Assembly (NCBI GenBank): GCA_963674595.2
Contig: CAXXFV010000014.1
Coordinates: 96,001-160,000, forward strand
Reading direction: 5' to 3'
Source: a bacterium
Lineage (GTDB): Bacteria > Zhuqueibacterota > Zhuqueibacteria > Residuimicrobiales > Krinioviventaceae
Length of the DNA: 64,000 bases
Each line of letters begins with the position of its first letter. Within the stretch, counting starts at the first letter, position 1. Below, piece by piece: positions 39,786-50,903 of the stretch. The notes under the pieces were generated by a model. It was not told the DNA's origin. It saw nothing but the letters and a program-made list of their open reading frames with translations, and did not search any database. Both the position numbers and the translations under genes were made by a program.

Positions 39786-40646
39786 TTGGCAAGGAAAGGG
39801 TCATACCCGGCAGGCACTAACAACGAAGATTCTCTTGATCGTTACTTGCGGGAAATTAGCGAAGTTGAGCTTTTAAAACCCGAAGAAGAGATAGAGTATG
39901 CAAAGAGAATCAGACTCGGTGACCAGGAAGCACTGGAAAAACTCACCAAAGCCAATCTTCGCTTTGTTGTAAGTGTGGCCAAGCAATATCAAAACCAAGG
40001 ACTTTCGCTTGGCGACCTGATAAATGCCGGAAATTTGGGCCTCATTAAAGCAGCAACACGGTTTGATGAAACAAGAGGATTTAAATTTATTTCCTATGCC
40101 GTGTGGTGGATTAGACAGTCTATTCTTCAAGCTTTGGCTGAACAGTCGAGAATTGTAAGGCTGCCCCTAAACAGAATAGGTGCGCTTAATAAAATTGAAA
40201 AAATTTTTACAGCGCTAGAACAAAAGTACGAGAGAGAACCTTCAGCGAGCGAAATCGCTAAAGTCCTAAAAGTATCAACGGCCGAAGTTAACGATGCTTT
40301 GAACACTCCTGCTACACATCTTTCATTAGATGCACCTTTCAGTCAAGAAGAAGAAAACAGTCTGTTAGACATTATAGAAAACAGTGAACAACCACCACCG
40401 GACGACAATCTGCTTGATGAATCTCTACACATAGAGATAGAAAGAGCCTTATCGACCCTGGATAACAGAGAGGCAGAAGTTGTAAGACTTTATTTTGGTC
40501 TTGGAATAGAGCATTCTTATACTCTTGAAGAAATTGGTGAAAAGTTTAATTTAACGCGTGAAAGAGTTCGCCAAATTAAAGAAAAAGCACTAAGGCGATT
40601 GCAGCACAATTATAGAAGTAAAATTCTGAGAAAATACCTCGGATAA
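39786..40646 (+). CDS. RpoD/SigA-family sigma factor (short, lacking region 1.1)
   Basis: [55 protein letters not shown] start. Confidence 0.93.
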   Translation: MARKGSYPAGTNNEDSLDRYLREISEVELLKPEEEIEYAKRIRLGDQEALEKLTKANLRFVVSVAKQYQNQGLSLGDLINAGNLGLIKAATRFDETRGFKFISYAVWWIRQSILQALAEQSRIVRLPLNRIGALNKIEKIFTALEQKYEREPSASEIAKVLKVSTAEVNDALNTPATHLSLDAPFSQEEENSLLDIIENSEQPPPDDNLLDESLHIEIERALSTLDNREAEVVRLYFGLGIEHSYTLEEIGEKFNLTRERVRQIKEKALRRLQHNYRSKILRKYLG

Positions 40647-40688
40647 TTACTTGAACCAGAAACAATTAGACTCTTGACCATTTTTTTC

Positions 40689-40717
40689 TTGACAAAGCGC
40701 AAATAAGTTATTATATT
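40689..40717 (+). promoter_or_regulatory. Putative sigma70 promoter
   Basis: TTGACA-17 bp-TATATT upstream of the M23 gene. Confidence 0.6.
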
Positions 40718-40841
40718 CCTATCGGCTTATGCGCCTACCTCTCAAATTTAAAAAGTACCTCCAAGATTAATGATGATGTATATTGTCCAAAATGAAACCA
40801 ACAAATGATCGGCTGCATTAACAAAATCGCAAAGGAAAGAG

Positions 40842-41765
40842 ATGTTCGGTAAACATATTAAACTCATCTATTTTTCTTTGGGGGATTCGGAGGCGAAGCA
40901 AATTAGTTTGGGATGGAAGAAGATTGTTGGGTATTGTGTACTAATTTTTGCCGTTTTACTTGTCACCACATTCCTCACACTTGAATTTTTTACCGATGTG
41001 TACCATGATTGGAAAGTGGCTCATCTTTCAAAAGCAAACTACCAACTGGAAGAAATGCTTAACGAGATGGGCAAAAAAGTCCAAATCATTGAAGGTAAAG
41101 TTCAACTCTTGGAAAAAGAGGACGATGATTTAAGAGTTTTTGTAGACTTGCCGTCCATTAACAAAGACGTTAGGAAACTCGGTGTTGGTGGACATGCACC
41201 GGAAACCTATGCAAGCTATTCTATATTGAATGAAAACTCTGCAAACGAAGCTGTTCAGATAAAACGCCTTATTGATAATCTCGATCAGCGGATTGACCTC
41301 GCTTCTAAAAGCTATGGGGAAATTATCACCCAGCACAATAAAAACCTAAGGACTCTAAAACAGACTCCTTCTATTCGCCCATTACTTGGTGGTCGTATAA
41401 GCGACAAATTCGGCATACGTCTTGACCCTTTTGTCGACCAATTTAGAAAACACGACGGTGTCGATATTTCAGCGCCACGAGGAACAGACGTTTACGCAAC
41501 AGCAGACGGCAAGGTTATTGAAGTTGTCACAAAATACCGTCCAAATCATGGTTACGGAAAACAAGTTAGAATAGACCATGGTAACGGGCTGATAACACGA
41601 TATGCTCACCTGCAAAAAGTTCTTGTTAAACCCGGTGAACGTATTACAAGACATACTGTTATCGGCAAAGTTGGTGACACCGGACGTTCAACCGGACCCC
41701 ATTTACATTACGAAGTGATCAATAATGGTACACCGGTTGATCCGGCAACATATATGATAGATTAA
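40842..41765 (+). CDS. M23-family metallopeptidase
   Basis: HDGVD, ATADG, YAHL, TGRSTGPHLHYEV; TM segment plus coiled coil. Confidence 0.93.
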   Translation: MFGKHIKLIYFSLGDSEAKQISLGWKKIVGYCVLIFAVLLVTTFLTLEFFTDVYHDWKVAHLSKANYQLEEMLNEMGKKVQIIEGKVQLLEKEDDDLRVFVDLPSINKDVRKLGVGGHAPETYASYSILNENSANEAVQIKRLIDNLDQRIDLASKSYGEIITQHNKNLRTLKQTPSIRPLLGGRISDKFGIRLDPFVDQFRKHDGVDISAPRGTDVYATADGKVIEVVTKYRPNHGYGKQVRIDHGNGLITRYAHLQKVLVKPGERITRHTVIGKVGDTGRSTGPHLHYEVINNGTPVDPATYMID

Positions 41766-41786
41766 AAAATTTTAAAATAAATTAAT

Positions 41787-41818
41787 AAAGCCTGCCACTT
41801 TTGTCAGGCTTTTTTTTT
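41787..41818 (+). terminator. Intrinsic terminator
   Basis: aaagcctg-N-caggctt followed by a long T-run. Confidence 0.8.
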
Positions 41819-41838
41819 ATCTAAACTAAAAGAAAATA

Positions 41839-42855
41839 ATGAAAAATATTATCTATATATATCTGTTTTTATATTCAAGTATCGGTACAGCTTTTTCCCA
41901 GCCAATTCTTACACCACAGTATTTACAAAAAGGTATTGAATCCGGTATTTCAGAAGACTATCAACAAGCATTGGAATTTTTTGAACAGGTAAAAAAAGAA
42001 TACCCGGATCATCCGGCTGGATATTTTTTTAGTGCCGCTATTATACAATCGCAAATGATGGACTTTGAAACCAAACAATGGGAAAAACAATTCTATAAGG
42101 AAATAAACAACGCCATAAAAATTGCTTCCAAAGCAATCCACAATGAGCCTGAAAATCCACACATGCTTTTTTTTCATGGCGCTGCCATGTCCTATAAAAG
42201 TTTTCAATTAGCACGGGATGGTAAATATATTAAAGCAATCAAAATAGCCCTCGTTGCTATTGATGAACTTGAAAAAGTAACAGAAATAGACACCCTTTTT
42301 TGTGATGCCTACCTTGGTGTGGGAAGCTATAATTATTGGCGCAGCCAGATAACAGAAAAACTATCCTGGCTGCCATTTTTCCCAAATAACAAAAATGCCG
42401 GAATAGAATTAATAAAAAAAGCCGTTGACTGCAGCTATTATTCAAAATGGGCAGCGCTTTCAAACTTGAGCTGGATATATATTCAGGAAGAAAATTATAC
42501 ACAAGCAATTTATTGTGCAAAGGAAGGACTGCAACAATTTCCTGAAAGCCGGTTTTTCTTATGGCCCTTGGGTGACGCTTTTTACAAAAATAAAGAATAT
42601 GAAAAATCAATTGAAATTTATCAAAAACTGTTGCTTTCCGTTAAAAGCGAAACAATAAATAATCATTATAATGAAATTTTACTGCATGTAAAACTGGCTG
42701 AATGCTTTTTTAATTTAAAAAATTCTGAATTTTCTAAAATGCATTGTGAAAAGGCATTATCCCTTACACCGGATAAAGAGGTAAAAAAACGGGCTAATTC
42801 TAAAAAAGATAGAGCAAAAGAACTGCTTAAAGAAATATCCGCTAACAACTTGTAA
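41839..42855 (+). CDS. Secreted TPR-repeat protein
   Basis: Signal peptide and repeated TPR-like helices (YPDHPAGYF, DAYLGVGSYNYW). Confidence 0.75.
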   Translation: MKNIIYIYLFLYSSIGTAFSQPILTPQYLQKGIESGISEDYQQALEFFEQVKKEYPDHPAGYFFSAAIIQSQMMDFETKQWEKQFYKEINNAIKIASKAIHNEPENPHMLFFHGAAMSYKSFQLARDGKYIKAIKIALVAIDELEKVTEIDTLFCDAYLGVGSYNYWRSQITEKLSWLPFFPNNKNAGIELIKKAVDCSYYSKWAALSNLSWIYIQEENYTQAIYCAKEGLQQFPESRFFLWPLGDAFYKNKEYEKSIEIYQKLLLSVKSETINNHYNEILLHVKLAECFFNLKNSEFSKMHCEKALSLTPDKEVKKRANSKKDRAKELLKEISANNL

Positions 42856-43088
42856 ATTGACGGCAAAATATACATTTTTTTACTTGTAATTCATTTAGAG
42901 TATATGTATAATTATGCCGAATAATGCAAGCTGCATCTCATAACTTAACCAAAAAGTAATAAATTCGGGTCAGGTTTACAATTTCAAGGCGTGAATAGCT
43001 CCCACTCCTGAATATGGGATTTTTCGAATATTAAAATCCATACCTTAATACGAACCGTCTGTTTAAATTAGCCAAAGGGAGAAAATGA

Positions 43089-44108
43089 ATGATACACAAT
43101 CCTTTTCTTGAAAAAATTGCAAAAGCCCAAAAAGAAAAAAGACGTCTGGTGGCCCCACTTGTCGGATTTCCCGGAGTAAATATAACGGGCAATACCATAA
43201 AATTAGCCCAACAAAATTTTGGACAGCATTATAAAATAGTAAAAGAAATTGCCAGAGTCTTTGAACCGGATATTATTTTTCCTTTAATGGACCTTGCTGT
43301 GGAAGCAAACGCCCTGGGACAATATACCGTATTTCCACAACAGGAATCTGCTACAGTCGTAAAATCCGATTTTTCAATTGATGATCTTGCTGCTAAAGAA
43401 AATGTAAACATTGCCTTTGATACGCGCCTTATCGGTTATCTTGAAACAATGAAATTAATGAGCATTGGACTTTCAGACTCTATTCTAAGAGGCGCCTATG
43501 TAACTGGTCCCTATTCTCTGGCTGCACTAATTATGGGAGCAGATCAGGCAGCGATGGCAACTGTTTTACAGCCGGATGATTTACATACTCTTTGTCAATT
43601 CACAACGGAAAAAATTTTAGAGTATGTGAGATTGCTAATTGCCTCAGGTGCTCAAACAATTTGTATTCTAGAACCCAGCGCCGTAATGCTTGGTCCAAAT
43701 GAGTTTGCCGCGTTTTCAGGTTCTTATGTACAATATATTATTGAAAGCTGCAAGTATACCGGAATAGCAACAATTTATCATACATGTGGCAACACCATGC
43801 ATCTTATTAATAAAATGGTGGAAACAGGTGTCAGTGCGCTTAGTCTTGATTCACAGGAAGTTGGTGTTGACCTGCCGTCAGTTGCCAAGCAAGTTCCCCC
43901 GGAAGTTATTATTATGGGCAACATTAATCCAACAGGAAGTTTACTAAACGGAACACCTGAACAGGTTGAAAAAGAGGTAACCGAACTTTTGCAACAAATG
44001 GCCCCATTTCCTAATTTTGTTTTAAGCACCGGATGCGACTTGCCTCAGGAAACCCCTATTGAAAACATACATGCTTTTATGAGTACCGGTAAAAAATATC
44101 GGTTATAA
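43089..44108 (+). CDS. Uroporphyrinogen decarboxylase-fold methyltransferase (MtaA/CmuA-like)
   Basis: DLAVEANALG, TGPYSLA, IYHTCGN, MGNINP, FVLSTGCDLP..TPIENI (HxC...C Zn motif). Confidence 0.85.
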   Translation: MIHNPFLEKIAKAQKEKRRLVAPLVGFPGVNITGNTIKLAQQNFGQHYKIVKEIARVFEPDIIFPLMDLAVEANALGQYTVFPQQESATVVKSDFSIDDLAAKENVNIAFDTRLIGYLETMKLMSIGLSDSILRGAYVTGPYSLAALIMGADQAAMATVLQPDDLHTLCQFTTEKILEYVRLLIASGAQTICILEPSAVMLGPNEFAAFSGSYVQYIIESCKYTGIATIYHTCGNTMHLINKMVETGVSALSLDSQEVGVDLPSVAKQVPPEVIIMGNINPTGSLLNGTPEQVEKEVTELLQQMAPFPNFVLSTGCDLPQETPIENIHAFMSTGKKYRL

Positions 44109-44146
44109 AAATGTATCCTTTGGTCCACTTGTTAAAAGTGGACCTT

Positions 44147-44602
44147 TCAATTAATCCGTCTTTTAGAATACAATCGCCATTCACAAAATATAATAAATAG
44201 TATCCAAAGGGGAGACAATAAAAGCGGGATTTCCGGCCAAAACAAACCGATCTCTAATGATTTCCATGAAAAGGGAAAAAACCAGTAATAACCGTTTGCC
44301 AGGTGCTTTTGAAAAAAATCCAGCAACAAATGAAGGAATACACCGAAAAAGGTATTAGAATAAAACGTGTAACGAACAGACGGTCGGAAAAACTCTCCTG
44401 CCAACAGCACAACAAAAACAAGAAAAACCGGTGTATGCATGGCAACCGTATATTTGTATAAAGAAGGCCATATAATATAAATCGGGCGGGTAATAATATC
44501 AGGTAAAATAATGCCAAGGTAAAAAAATATCCTATAGGCATCATTTTTACGAAAAGATGAGATAAAATAGGTCGAGGCAGTATGAGTAATCAGATCAGGC
44601 AT
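44147..44602 (-). CDS. Membrane metal-dependent hydrolase (YdjM-like)
   Basis: MPDLITH, LPD, H...HLLLD, FFPFSW. Confidence 0.7.
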   Translation of the reverse strand: MPDLITHTASTYFISSFRKNDAYRIFFYLGIILPDIITRPIYIIWPSLYKYTVAMHTPVFLVFVVLLAGEFFRPSVRYTFYSNTFFGVFLHLLLDFFQKHLANGYYWFFPFSWKSLEIGLFWPEIPLLLSPLWILFIIFCEWRLYSKRRIN

Positions 44603-45048
44603 CAGATTTTTTCAAAATAGAATTTTACAAAATGAAAACGATAGGCCCGTAAGAATAACAATAAAATGACAATAACCGGTAAAACTGAAGCAAGGATTTT
44701 GATACGTCTGTATTTGGCAGGCCGTAAATCCACGAGTTCCAAGCGGTCCGGACTGGTAAATTTTGCCCGCAACGTTACAAACTCATTGACATGCAAATTA
44801 TCTGCTAAACCCTGCACGTAGAAAAATTTACCCAAATATTTTATATAAAATCCACGAGATGTAATTTTATTAACAGTTGTTTCAGTTCCGATTGTAATAG
44901 TATAACCGTTATATTTTTGTGGTTCCCGAAGGCAGTCTTTTAAAGTCACATAGGGGAAATTAATCTTACCCCAGATCATGAAAAATATTAGAAACAATAA
45001 CCAAATAAAAATACGTGTCACACGTAAAAATGGTTTATCATTTATCAA
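44602..45048 (-). CDS. Hypothetical membrane protein (start uncertain)
   Basis: Two TM segments around a possible OB-like region; coupled to both neighbours. Confidence 0.55.
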   Translation of the reverse strand: MINDKPFLRVTRIFIWLLFLIFFMIWGKINFPYVTLKDCLREPQKYNGYTITIGTETTVNKITSRGFYIKYLGKFFYVQGLADNLHVNEFVTLRAKFTSPDRLELVDLRPAKYRRIKILASVLPVIVILLLFLRAYRFHFVKFYFEKI

Positions 45049-45826
45049 TATGCCCTTTAAAAACTTCATTAACCACCTGAAAAATTGTATCATGCAATAA
45101 ACCATTGGAAGCAATGACATTACCGGTCCACATAGGGTCATCTTCATTGGCAAAATCTGTAATTAATCCACCGGCCTCTTTAATAATCAGGGAGCCGGCA
45201 GCAATATCCCAGGGTCCAAGTTTAATTTCCCAAAAACCATCACACCGTCCGCAGGCCAAATGGCAAAAATCAAGTGCAACAGATCCGGCCCTGCGAATGC
45301 CGCTGACTTGCTTAAAAAGCTGTTGAAAAGATTTTAAATATAAATCAAGATATTCCTTTGAACGGAAAGGAAATCCGGTAGCCAGCAAAGCAACTCCAGG
45401 ATCGGCTATAGCGGAAACATGTATTGGAGTATTATCCAAAAATGCGCCTTTTCCCTTTTCAGCATGAAACAACTCATCGCGTAAAGGATCATAAACAACA
45501 CCCAGAATTATTTCATTGTCCTTTTCCAATGCTATGGATACCGCAAAAGCCGGATAATTATGAATAAAGTTTGTCGTACCGTCTAAAGGATCGATAATCC
45601 AGCGAAAACCACCGCTTTCTTGACGCAAGGATTCTTCTGCCAGAATTTTATGGTCTGGAAATTCTTTTTTAATAATATCAATTATAATCTCTTCTGACTC
45701 TTTATCAATATCAGTAACAAAATCAAATGCAAGCTTTCTATCAGCGTTTTTGCTTTGAATTGTTCCTGCATTTTGTTTAATAAATTTGCCAGCTTCCTTC
45801 GCAGCCTTAATCGCTGTTTTTATCAT
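45038..45826 (-). CDS. suhB: Inositol monophosphatase family
   Basis: WIIDPLDGTTNF, RRAGSVALD, WDIAAG..I..EAGG. Confidence 0.93.
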   Translation of the reverse strand: MIKTAIKAAKEAGKFIKQNAGTIQSKNADRKLAFDFVTDIDKESEEIIIDIIKKEFPDHKILAEESLRQESGGFRWIIDPLDGTTNFIHNYPAFAVSIALEKDNEIILGVVYDPLRDELFHAEKGKGAFLDNTPIHVSAIADPGVALLATGFPFRSKEYLDLYLKSFQQLFKQVSGIRRAGSVALDFCHLACGRCDGFWEIKLGPWDIAAGSLIIKEAGGLITDFANEDDPMWTGNVIASNGLLHDTIFQVVNEVFKGHIDK

Positions 45827-45839
45827 TATTGGCCCTTTT

Positions 45840-48199
45840 TCATTTACGCAATCGAACAACAGTTACCCCGGAATCCCCTTCATTCCAATATCCTAATCTG
45901 AATTTGCTCACCTGCGGATGATTTTGTAAAAACTGGCCAATCCCCTGCCGCAGTTTTCCTGTCCCCTTGCCGTGAACAATTCGTATCTCTTCTAATCCGG
46001 TTAACAGTGTTTCATCAATAAACCGGTCAACAGCCTCCCTCGCATCCTCTTCTGTCATGCCCCGCAAATCAATTTCATTTAATAAAGATTCATCTGAAGA
46101 TAAATTAATATTTACAAGTGACTTTTTTTGCTTTTGGCGTTTGGTTTTAATTAAATCCGTTACCAGCAATTTCATTTTAACACCTTCAACCTGAACCAAA
46201 ACACGATTTTGTTTATCTTTTTCGGACAGCACTTTACCGACGGTCCCCATTGTTTTCCACTTTACAAAGTCACCAATTTGTATGGGTTCCTGCTCAGAAA
46301 TATTCGGTGTTTCTTCTTTAACGTCTTTTTTAATTTTTTCAATTTTTTTTGCTTCATCTTTTAACAAGCTTTTAGTATCACGGATACTGTTTTTATCGGC
46401 ATTTTTTTCTTTAATTTCCTTAACCGCCAATTCAACAGCTACATTAGCCTGCCGGATTATTTCTTCAGCCTCTTCAACAGCTCTTCTTTTAATTAGTTTT
46501 TCTTCCCGTTTAATTTTGCTTGTTTTTTCCCCATATAGTTCAAGCAAACCATCCAATTCAGACTGTTTGATGGAATTTTTGGAAACCATATCTTTATTTT
46601 GCTGGCGCAACTGCTCCAGTTCCAGTAATAAACTTTCCATCTTGCCTTTGTGCCCGCCTATAATACTCCTTGCACGATTCAGGATTTCATTAGAGATTCC
46701 CATTCGTTTGGCAATTTCAAAAGCATAGCTTGAGCCGGGCAAACCGGGCATAAAACGATAGGTCGGTTCCAGCGTTTCGATTTTAAATTCCATGGATCCG
46801 TTTTCCACGTCCGGTGTTTCATGGGCAAAGACTTTTAAAGCGCCATGATGAGTTGTTACAACAGACAGACATTTTCGGGCTGTTAACCGTTCCAGTAAGG
46901 ACATTGCCAAAGCAGTCCCTTCTTCCGGGTCTGTTCCGGAACCGATTTCATCAATTAAAACCAGGCTATTTAGATCTGCATTTTCAGAAATCACGTGCAG
47001 ATTTTGTAAATGGGCTGAAAAAGTTGACAGATCATTTTCAATGGACTGCTGATCGCCAATGCAGGAAAAAATACTTTCAAAACAACCGATTTTGGAATGC
47101 GGTAAAGCGGGAATATGTAATCCGCATAGAGTCATCAATGTTAATAGACCTATAGTTTTCAAGGTAACGGTTTTACCGCCTGCATTTGGACCACTGATAA
47201 TGAGCGTATGAAATTTTTCACCCAGTATAATGTCAAGTGGAACCGTCGCCTTTTCTCCCAGTCTTTGTACCAGCAGAGGGTGCCGTGCTGAAGCCAGGTG
47301 TAAAAATGGTCGATCCACGAGTTCAACCTGTTGTGCATTTAAAACACGCGAATAATCTGCTTTTGCGTAGAGCAAATCAAATTTGGCAAGAATTTTCAAA
47401 TTGTGGCTTAGAGTTACAACATCATTATGGACAAGATTTGAAAGCTCGAATAAAATACGTTCAATCTCTTTGGTCTCTTCTGTTTGCAGTTCCCTGACAC
47501 GATTATTGTCGTCAAGTGTTTCCAAAGGTTCAACAAAATAACTGGCGCCACTGGCTGATTGGCCGTGGACAAGGCCCTTAATCTTTCTTTTATATTCATC
47601 TTTAACAACCAGCACCAAACGCCCCTCGCGAACCGAGATAACATTTTCCTGCAAAAACCCTTGTGAGCCAAGGTTCTTTTGTAACGATTCGATTTTCCGG
47701 CGTACAGCCTCTTGCGCCCTTTTAATGTCCCGGCGAATTTGCGCCAGTTTTGGACTTGCCGAATCTTTTACTTCAAAGGTATCTACATCAATACATCGAA
47801 TGATCTCTTTTTCAAGAGAATCGATAATTACCAGTGGTTTGATCAATTTTTTTAAAAAGGGATTTTTTCTTCACGAGACTTGAAATAGGATACCAACCGT
47901 CTCACTAAAATCAACATTTTGGCAAGATCTGCAAATTCCTCCTGCCGCAGTATAGTGCCGACAAGTTTGGCTCTTTTTAAAACAGTACGAATATCTGAAA
48001 GCCCTTCTAATGGAACAGCCTGATCATAGGATATCAGGTCCCGAAGTTCGGTCACTTGCGACAAAATTAAATATCGAAATTTAGTATCGGTAATCGGTGT
48101 TAGTTCGAGGGCTAATTCTTTTCCCAAAGGGGATATTGCATATTGTGATAAATTTTCACAAACTTTATCAAATTCTAAAACCTTAAAAAGTGATTCCAA
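45840..48199 (-). pseudogene. mutS2: Endonuclease MutS2 split by a one-base frameshift (48199-47852 and 47846-45840)
   Basis: N-part LEFDKV. C-part ARHPLL, ISGPNAGGKT, LSTFSAH, DEIGSGTDP, and an Smr domain (DLRG..IVHGKGTG). One extra T at CCCTTTTTAAAAAAA joins the two frames. Confidence 0.85.
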
Positions 48200-48205
48200 C
48201 TGGGG

Positions 48206-48895
48206 TTATCTCCGTAATTTTTTCGCCAATTCCTGAGCTCTTTTTTTCTCATTATCAATTATGCGGTCCTTTTCCTTGTCACTAATAGAGTTCAAGTGGT
48301 CAACGGACGTATCTATGGCTTTTTCAAGGTTTTCTTTGCCGGATTTTGGCATATCTTTAAGAATGTCCTGAGATTCATTGGTTTTATCCAGCACACTTTG
48401 TACAGCTTTACCAGCTTGTGGTACAAAATAACTTATGGAATCAACAATTAATGAAGCAAATTTTTTCAAGTGAGGAGCCAGGTATGATTGTTCTTCAACA
48501 TTTTTAATGTTTGACTTTGGAAAAAAGGAAATACTTAATATTAAAATACTCGTTAAAAACGCCCCCTGAAAAAAACCAAATAACGCACCAACAAACTGGT
48601 TTAAAAGTTTATTCGTTTTCGGCTTGAATAGTCCTGCATATAATTTTACGAAAAACCAGATACCTATTTTTGCAAGTATAAGTACTATTATTATACTGAT
48701 ATAAGCACTAATTTTACTAATATTCTGAAACTTTGACAGGATATAGGGATTTACTAAAACATAAAATTTAAGGGCAATTAACAATGAAATAAACCACCCT
48801 GTAAACCCAAGCAGTTCGTTAACCATCCCCCTTTTCGTTCCAAAAAACACAAAAGTTGTAATAATAATTATTATTATAATATCCGGATAAGACAT
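48206..48895 (-). CDS. CvpA (colicin V production) family membrane protein
   Basis: D...G.KRG...E..GW; LNQFVGALFG; typical position next to mutS2. Confidence 0.8.
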   Translation of the reverse strand: MSYPDIIIIIIITTFVFFGTKRGMVNELLGFTGWFISLLIALKFYVLVNPYILSKFQNISKISAYISIIIVLILAKIGIWFFVKLYAGLFKPKTNKLLNQFVGALFGFFQGAFLTSILILSISFFPKSNIKNVEEQSYLAPHLKKFASLIVDSISYFVPQAGKAVQSVLDKTNESQDILKDMPKSGKENLEKAIDTSVDHLNSISDKEKDRIIDNEKKRAQELAKKLRR

Positions 48896-48994
48896 TTCGT
48901 CACCTAAAATTAAAAATCAATACGCATAAAAAAAGTGAATAAAGTCGATATTATCATTCCTTTATTCACTTTTAAAATACCTATGTCAAAAATA

Positions 48995-49438
48995 TTAATT
49001 TAACTTTTGGCGAACAAGCTCATTAATTGTTTTACCGTCAGCACGTCCTTTAACCTGAGCCATAATCACAGGCATTACCTTTCCCAAATCTTTAATAGAA
49101 ATCGCATCAACTTGCTGTATGGCACTGTCTACAATTTTTTCAATCTCTTCAGAACTTAACGGCTTTGGTAAATAAGCTTGAATAATATCGAGTTCAAATT
49201 TTTCTTTTTTAGCAAGATCATGGCGTCCAGCTTCTTCATAAGCCGTAATCGCTTCACGCCGTTTCTTTGCAGCACTCGTTAAAACTGATAGTTCTTCATC
49301 CGAGGTAAGATCTGCTCTTTTATCAATAGCCGCATCTTTAAGATTACCTCGAAGCAGGCGAATTGTTGTTAACTTTTCTTTTTCGCCCGATTTCATTGCG
49401 GCTTTCATATCATCAGTAAGTTTCTTAAATACGCTCAT
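48995..49438 (-). CDS. GatB/YqeY domain protein
   Basis: DMKAAMKSGEK, KKRREAI..Y..AGR.DL, YLPKPLS, DLGKVM, GRADGK. Confidence 0.93.
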   Translation of the reverse strand: MSVFKKLTDDMKAAMKSGEKEKLTTIRLLRGNLKDAAIDKRADLTSDEELSVLTSAAKKRREAITAYEEAGRHDLAKKEKFELDIIQAYLPKPLSSEEIEKIVDSAIQQVDAISIKDLGKVMPVIMAQVKGRADGKTINELVRQKLN

Positions 49439-49470
49439 TTGAACTCCAGAGGTTAAAAAGATAATAGAAA

Positions 49471-49665
49471 TTATCTTTCCATCATTTGCAATTTACGCAT
49501 TTTGCGTCGAGCGGTATTAAGCTTTCTCTTTTTTCTTTCACTGGGCTTTTCATACTGCTGATGCTTTTTAATATCAGACATCAATCCAGATTTTTCACAA
49601 GCTTTAGTGAAACGTTTCAGAGCTCTTTCAAAAGCTTCGCCCTCACGTACCCTTATTCCAGGCAT
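49471..49665 (-). CDS. rpsU: 30S ribosomal protein S21
   Basis: ERALKRF...YEKPSERKKRK. Confidence 0.95.
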   Translation of the reverse strand: MPGIRVREGEAFERALKRFTKACEKSGLMSDIKKHQQYEKPSERKKRKLNTARRKMRKLQMMER

Positions 49666-49826
49666 GAACTATTCAACCTCCTTTCCATATTAAGATATCG
49701 TTTTTCTCTTGACAGAAAATATAGGCATTCCCACTTTCAAAATCAAGGTATTTTTCATTTAAAGCATTAAAACAAGACAAAGTAACTTTTTAAATTTCAA
49801 TCAGGTAACTATGCCTTATTTTTCTA

Positions 49827-50168
49827 TCATCCCGGAGGCCACTGCATGGAACGACCGCCAAGCAAATGTAGATGAATATGAAAAACAGTCTGGCCACCGT
49901 CTTCATTACAATTCAAAACGATTCTATAACCACCTTTAGCGATTCCTGCCTCATCTGCCAATTTTTGAGCCGCCAGAATCATTTTTCCGATGAGTTGTTC
50001 ATCCTCAACCCCGGCCTCATTTATTGAGGCAATGTGTTTTTTGGGAATGACCAATAAATGAACTGGAGCCTGCGGAGAAATATCTTTAAAGGCCAAAACA
50101 TTTTGGTCTTCATAAACGATTTGAGCAGGTATTTCCTTGTTTATAATTTTACAAAATAAACATGACAT
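49827..50168 (-). CDS. HIT-family nucleotide-binding protein
   Basis: CLFCKI, PQAPVH, GQTVFHIHLHLLGGR..WPPG. Confidence 0.95.
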   Translation of the reverse strand: MSCLFCKIINKEIPAQIVYEDQNVLAFKDISPQAPVHLLVIPKKHIASINEAGVEDEQLIGKMILAAQKLADEAGIAKGGYRIVLNCNEDGGQTVFHIHLHLLGGRSMQWPPG

Positions 50169-50192
50169 AACGATTACCTCACAGTCAAAAGG

Positions 50193-50903
50193 TTAAATAT
50201 CTTTTACCTGATTTAAAATTTTTACGATGCCCGTAATGGCCGCCGTTTCGCTTTTTAACCTTCTCGGACCAAGACTTGTCAGCATTACATGATGATCTAA
50301 AGCTGATTTTATTTCATTTTCACTAAAGCCGCCTTCAGGCCCGATAAACAAAACAGCGCTATCATTATTCTGAAAATCATTTTCACAATCTACAGCTTTT
50401 TCATGAGCAATGTAACATGGTATATCTTTATATTTTTTAAAAGCCTCGTCCAAAGACAACAAATCGAATATTTCCGGACAACGGGTTCTGCCGCATTGTT
50501 TCATGGCGGAAAGCGCTTTTGAATGCCATCTTTCCATTCGGACCTTATCAACAATGGTATGTTCCGTTATAATTGGCTGAAAAGCCGTCACGCCAATTTC
50601 CGTCCCCTTTTCAATAATCAGGTCCCAATTTCCACTTTTTAGTAAAGCCTGAGCTAAAATTAATTTAAATCGCGGTTCAGAATAATTGTTAACAACACTT
50701 TTGATTTTAACCACAAGCTTAAAATTTTCAATTTTGGTAATGGTCCCTTTATAAAGGTGTCCCTTTCCGTCGGTTGCATTTATGTTTTCACCGACAGTTT
50801 TGCGTAAAACTTTGGCAGCATGACGAAATTCGTCATCCGTTAAAACAAATGAATCATTATGAACATTTTCAGGTAGCACATAAAAAAAACTGTCATGAGA
50901 CAT
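50193..50903 (-). CDS. rsmE: 16S rRNA m3U1498 methyltransferase
   Basis: H..KVLR, EKGTEIGV, QCGR, IGPEGGFS, LGPRRLKSETA. Confidence 0.93.
   Translation of the reverse strand: MSHDSFFYVLPENVHNDSFVLTDDEFRHAAKVLRKTVGENINATDGKGHLYKGTITKIENFKLVVKIKSVVNNYSEPRFKLILAQALLKSGNWDLIIEKGTEIGVTAFQPIITEHTIVDKVRMERWHSKALSAMKQCGRTRCPEIFDLLSLDEAFKKYKDIPCYIAHEKAVDCENDFQNNDSAVLFIGPEGGFSENEIKSALDHHVMLTSLGPRRLKSETAAITGIVKILNQVKDI

Noticed and set aside
42913-43088. Cobalamin or SAM riboswitch upstream of the methyltransferase
   Set aside because: The B12-box and SAM-I consensus elements could not be found by eye. Kept only as an unassigned leader.
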